A stretch of DNA of 64,000 bases from positions 1 to 64,000 of the IMG/VR virus record IMGVR_UViG_3300047409_000266; one strand, 5' to 3'. Shown piece by piece: positions 63,920 to 64,000 of the stretch. The notes beneath the pieces were generated by a model. That model saw only the letters and a list, made by a program, of their open reading frames with translations, was not told where the DNA came from and searched no databases. The translations under genes were made by a program, and so were the position numbers. Position 1 is the first letter of the stretch. The number at the start of each line of letters is the position of its first letter. This DNA is from a virus.

Positions 63920-64000
63920 ATGGCGGAAACGATCACCATTCCGCACTTATCGCACGAAGGCAGCGTATGGGAGGAATACCCGGTTAAGGGGAAGCCCGGT
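63920..64000 (+). CDS. ORF truncated by window end
   Basis: GGAG RBS, MAETITIPHL... Confidence 0.4.
   Translation, partial: MAETITIPHLSHEGSVWEEYPVKGKPG

Overview
A 64-kb piece of a tailed dsDNA phage genome. The tail genes look podovirus-like. The host is probably an alphaproteobacterium (Rhizobiales-like), judged from the Omp25/RopB, DUF3597, RcGTA-type spike base and DUF6456-like genes. Layout: 1-24.5 kb, tail/ejection module ending in a 4831-aa DarB-like polyvalent protein (InPase-like, N6-MTase, Strawberry-notch helicase, HExxH peptidase, LPD38-like). 24.5-30 kb, lysis cassette plus morons (papain-family protease, DUF3597, Omp25-like barrel). 30.1-39.35 kb, two divergent arrays of about 40 tiny ORFs. 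Almost every ORF is joined to the next by a short conserved stop-overlapping linker (AAAGGCCCG on the left; AAAGGAGCCG then AAAGGGAC(C)GC on the right). The arrays are centred on a symmetric bidirectional promoter and an apparently catalytically dead serine-resolvase homologue, and one unit is a tRNA-like RNA with an extended anticodon arm. 39.4-47.5 kb, leftward early/recombination operon (SNase, HNHs, Bet/RecT, Gp157, GHKL protein). 47.6 kb, operator-bearing divergent promoters with a Cro-like gene but no adjacent CI. 47.7-55.2 kb, replication/early-right operon (MTase, RuvC-like, an intergenic block of NrdR-box-like pairs and palindromes, SF2 helicase, Q-like regulator). 55.3-64 kb, probable start of the late operon. 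No terminase, portal, major capsid or integrase is recognisable in the window. All family calls come from motif recognition by eye; no database search was run.
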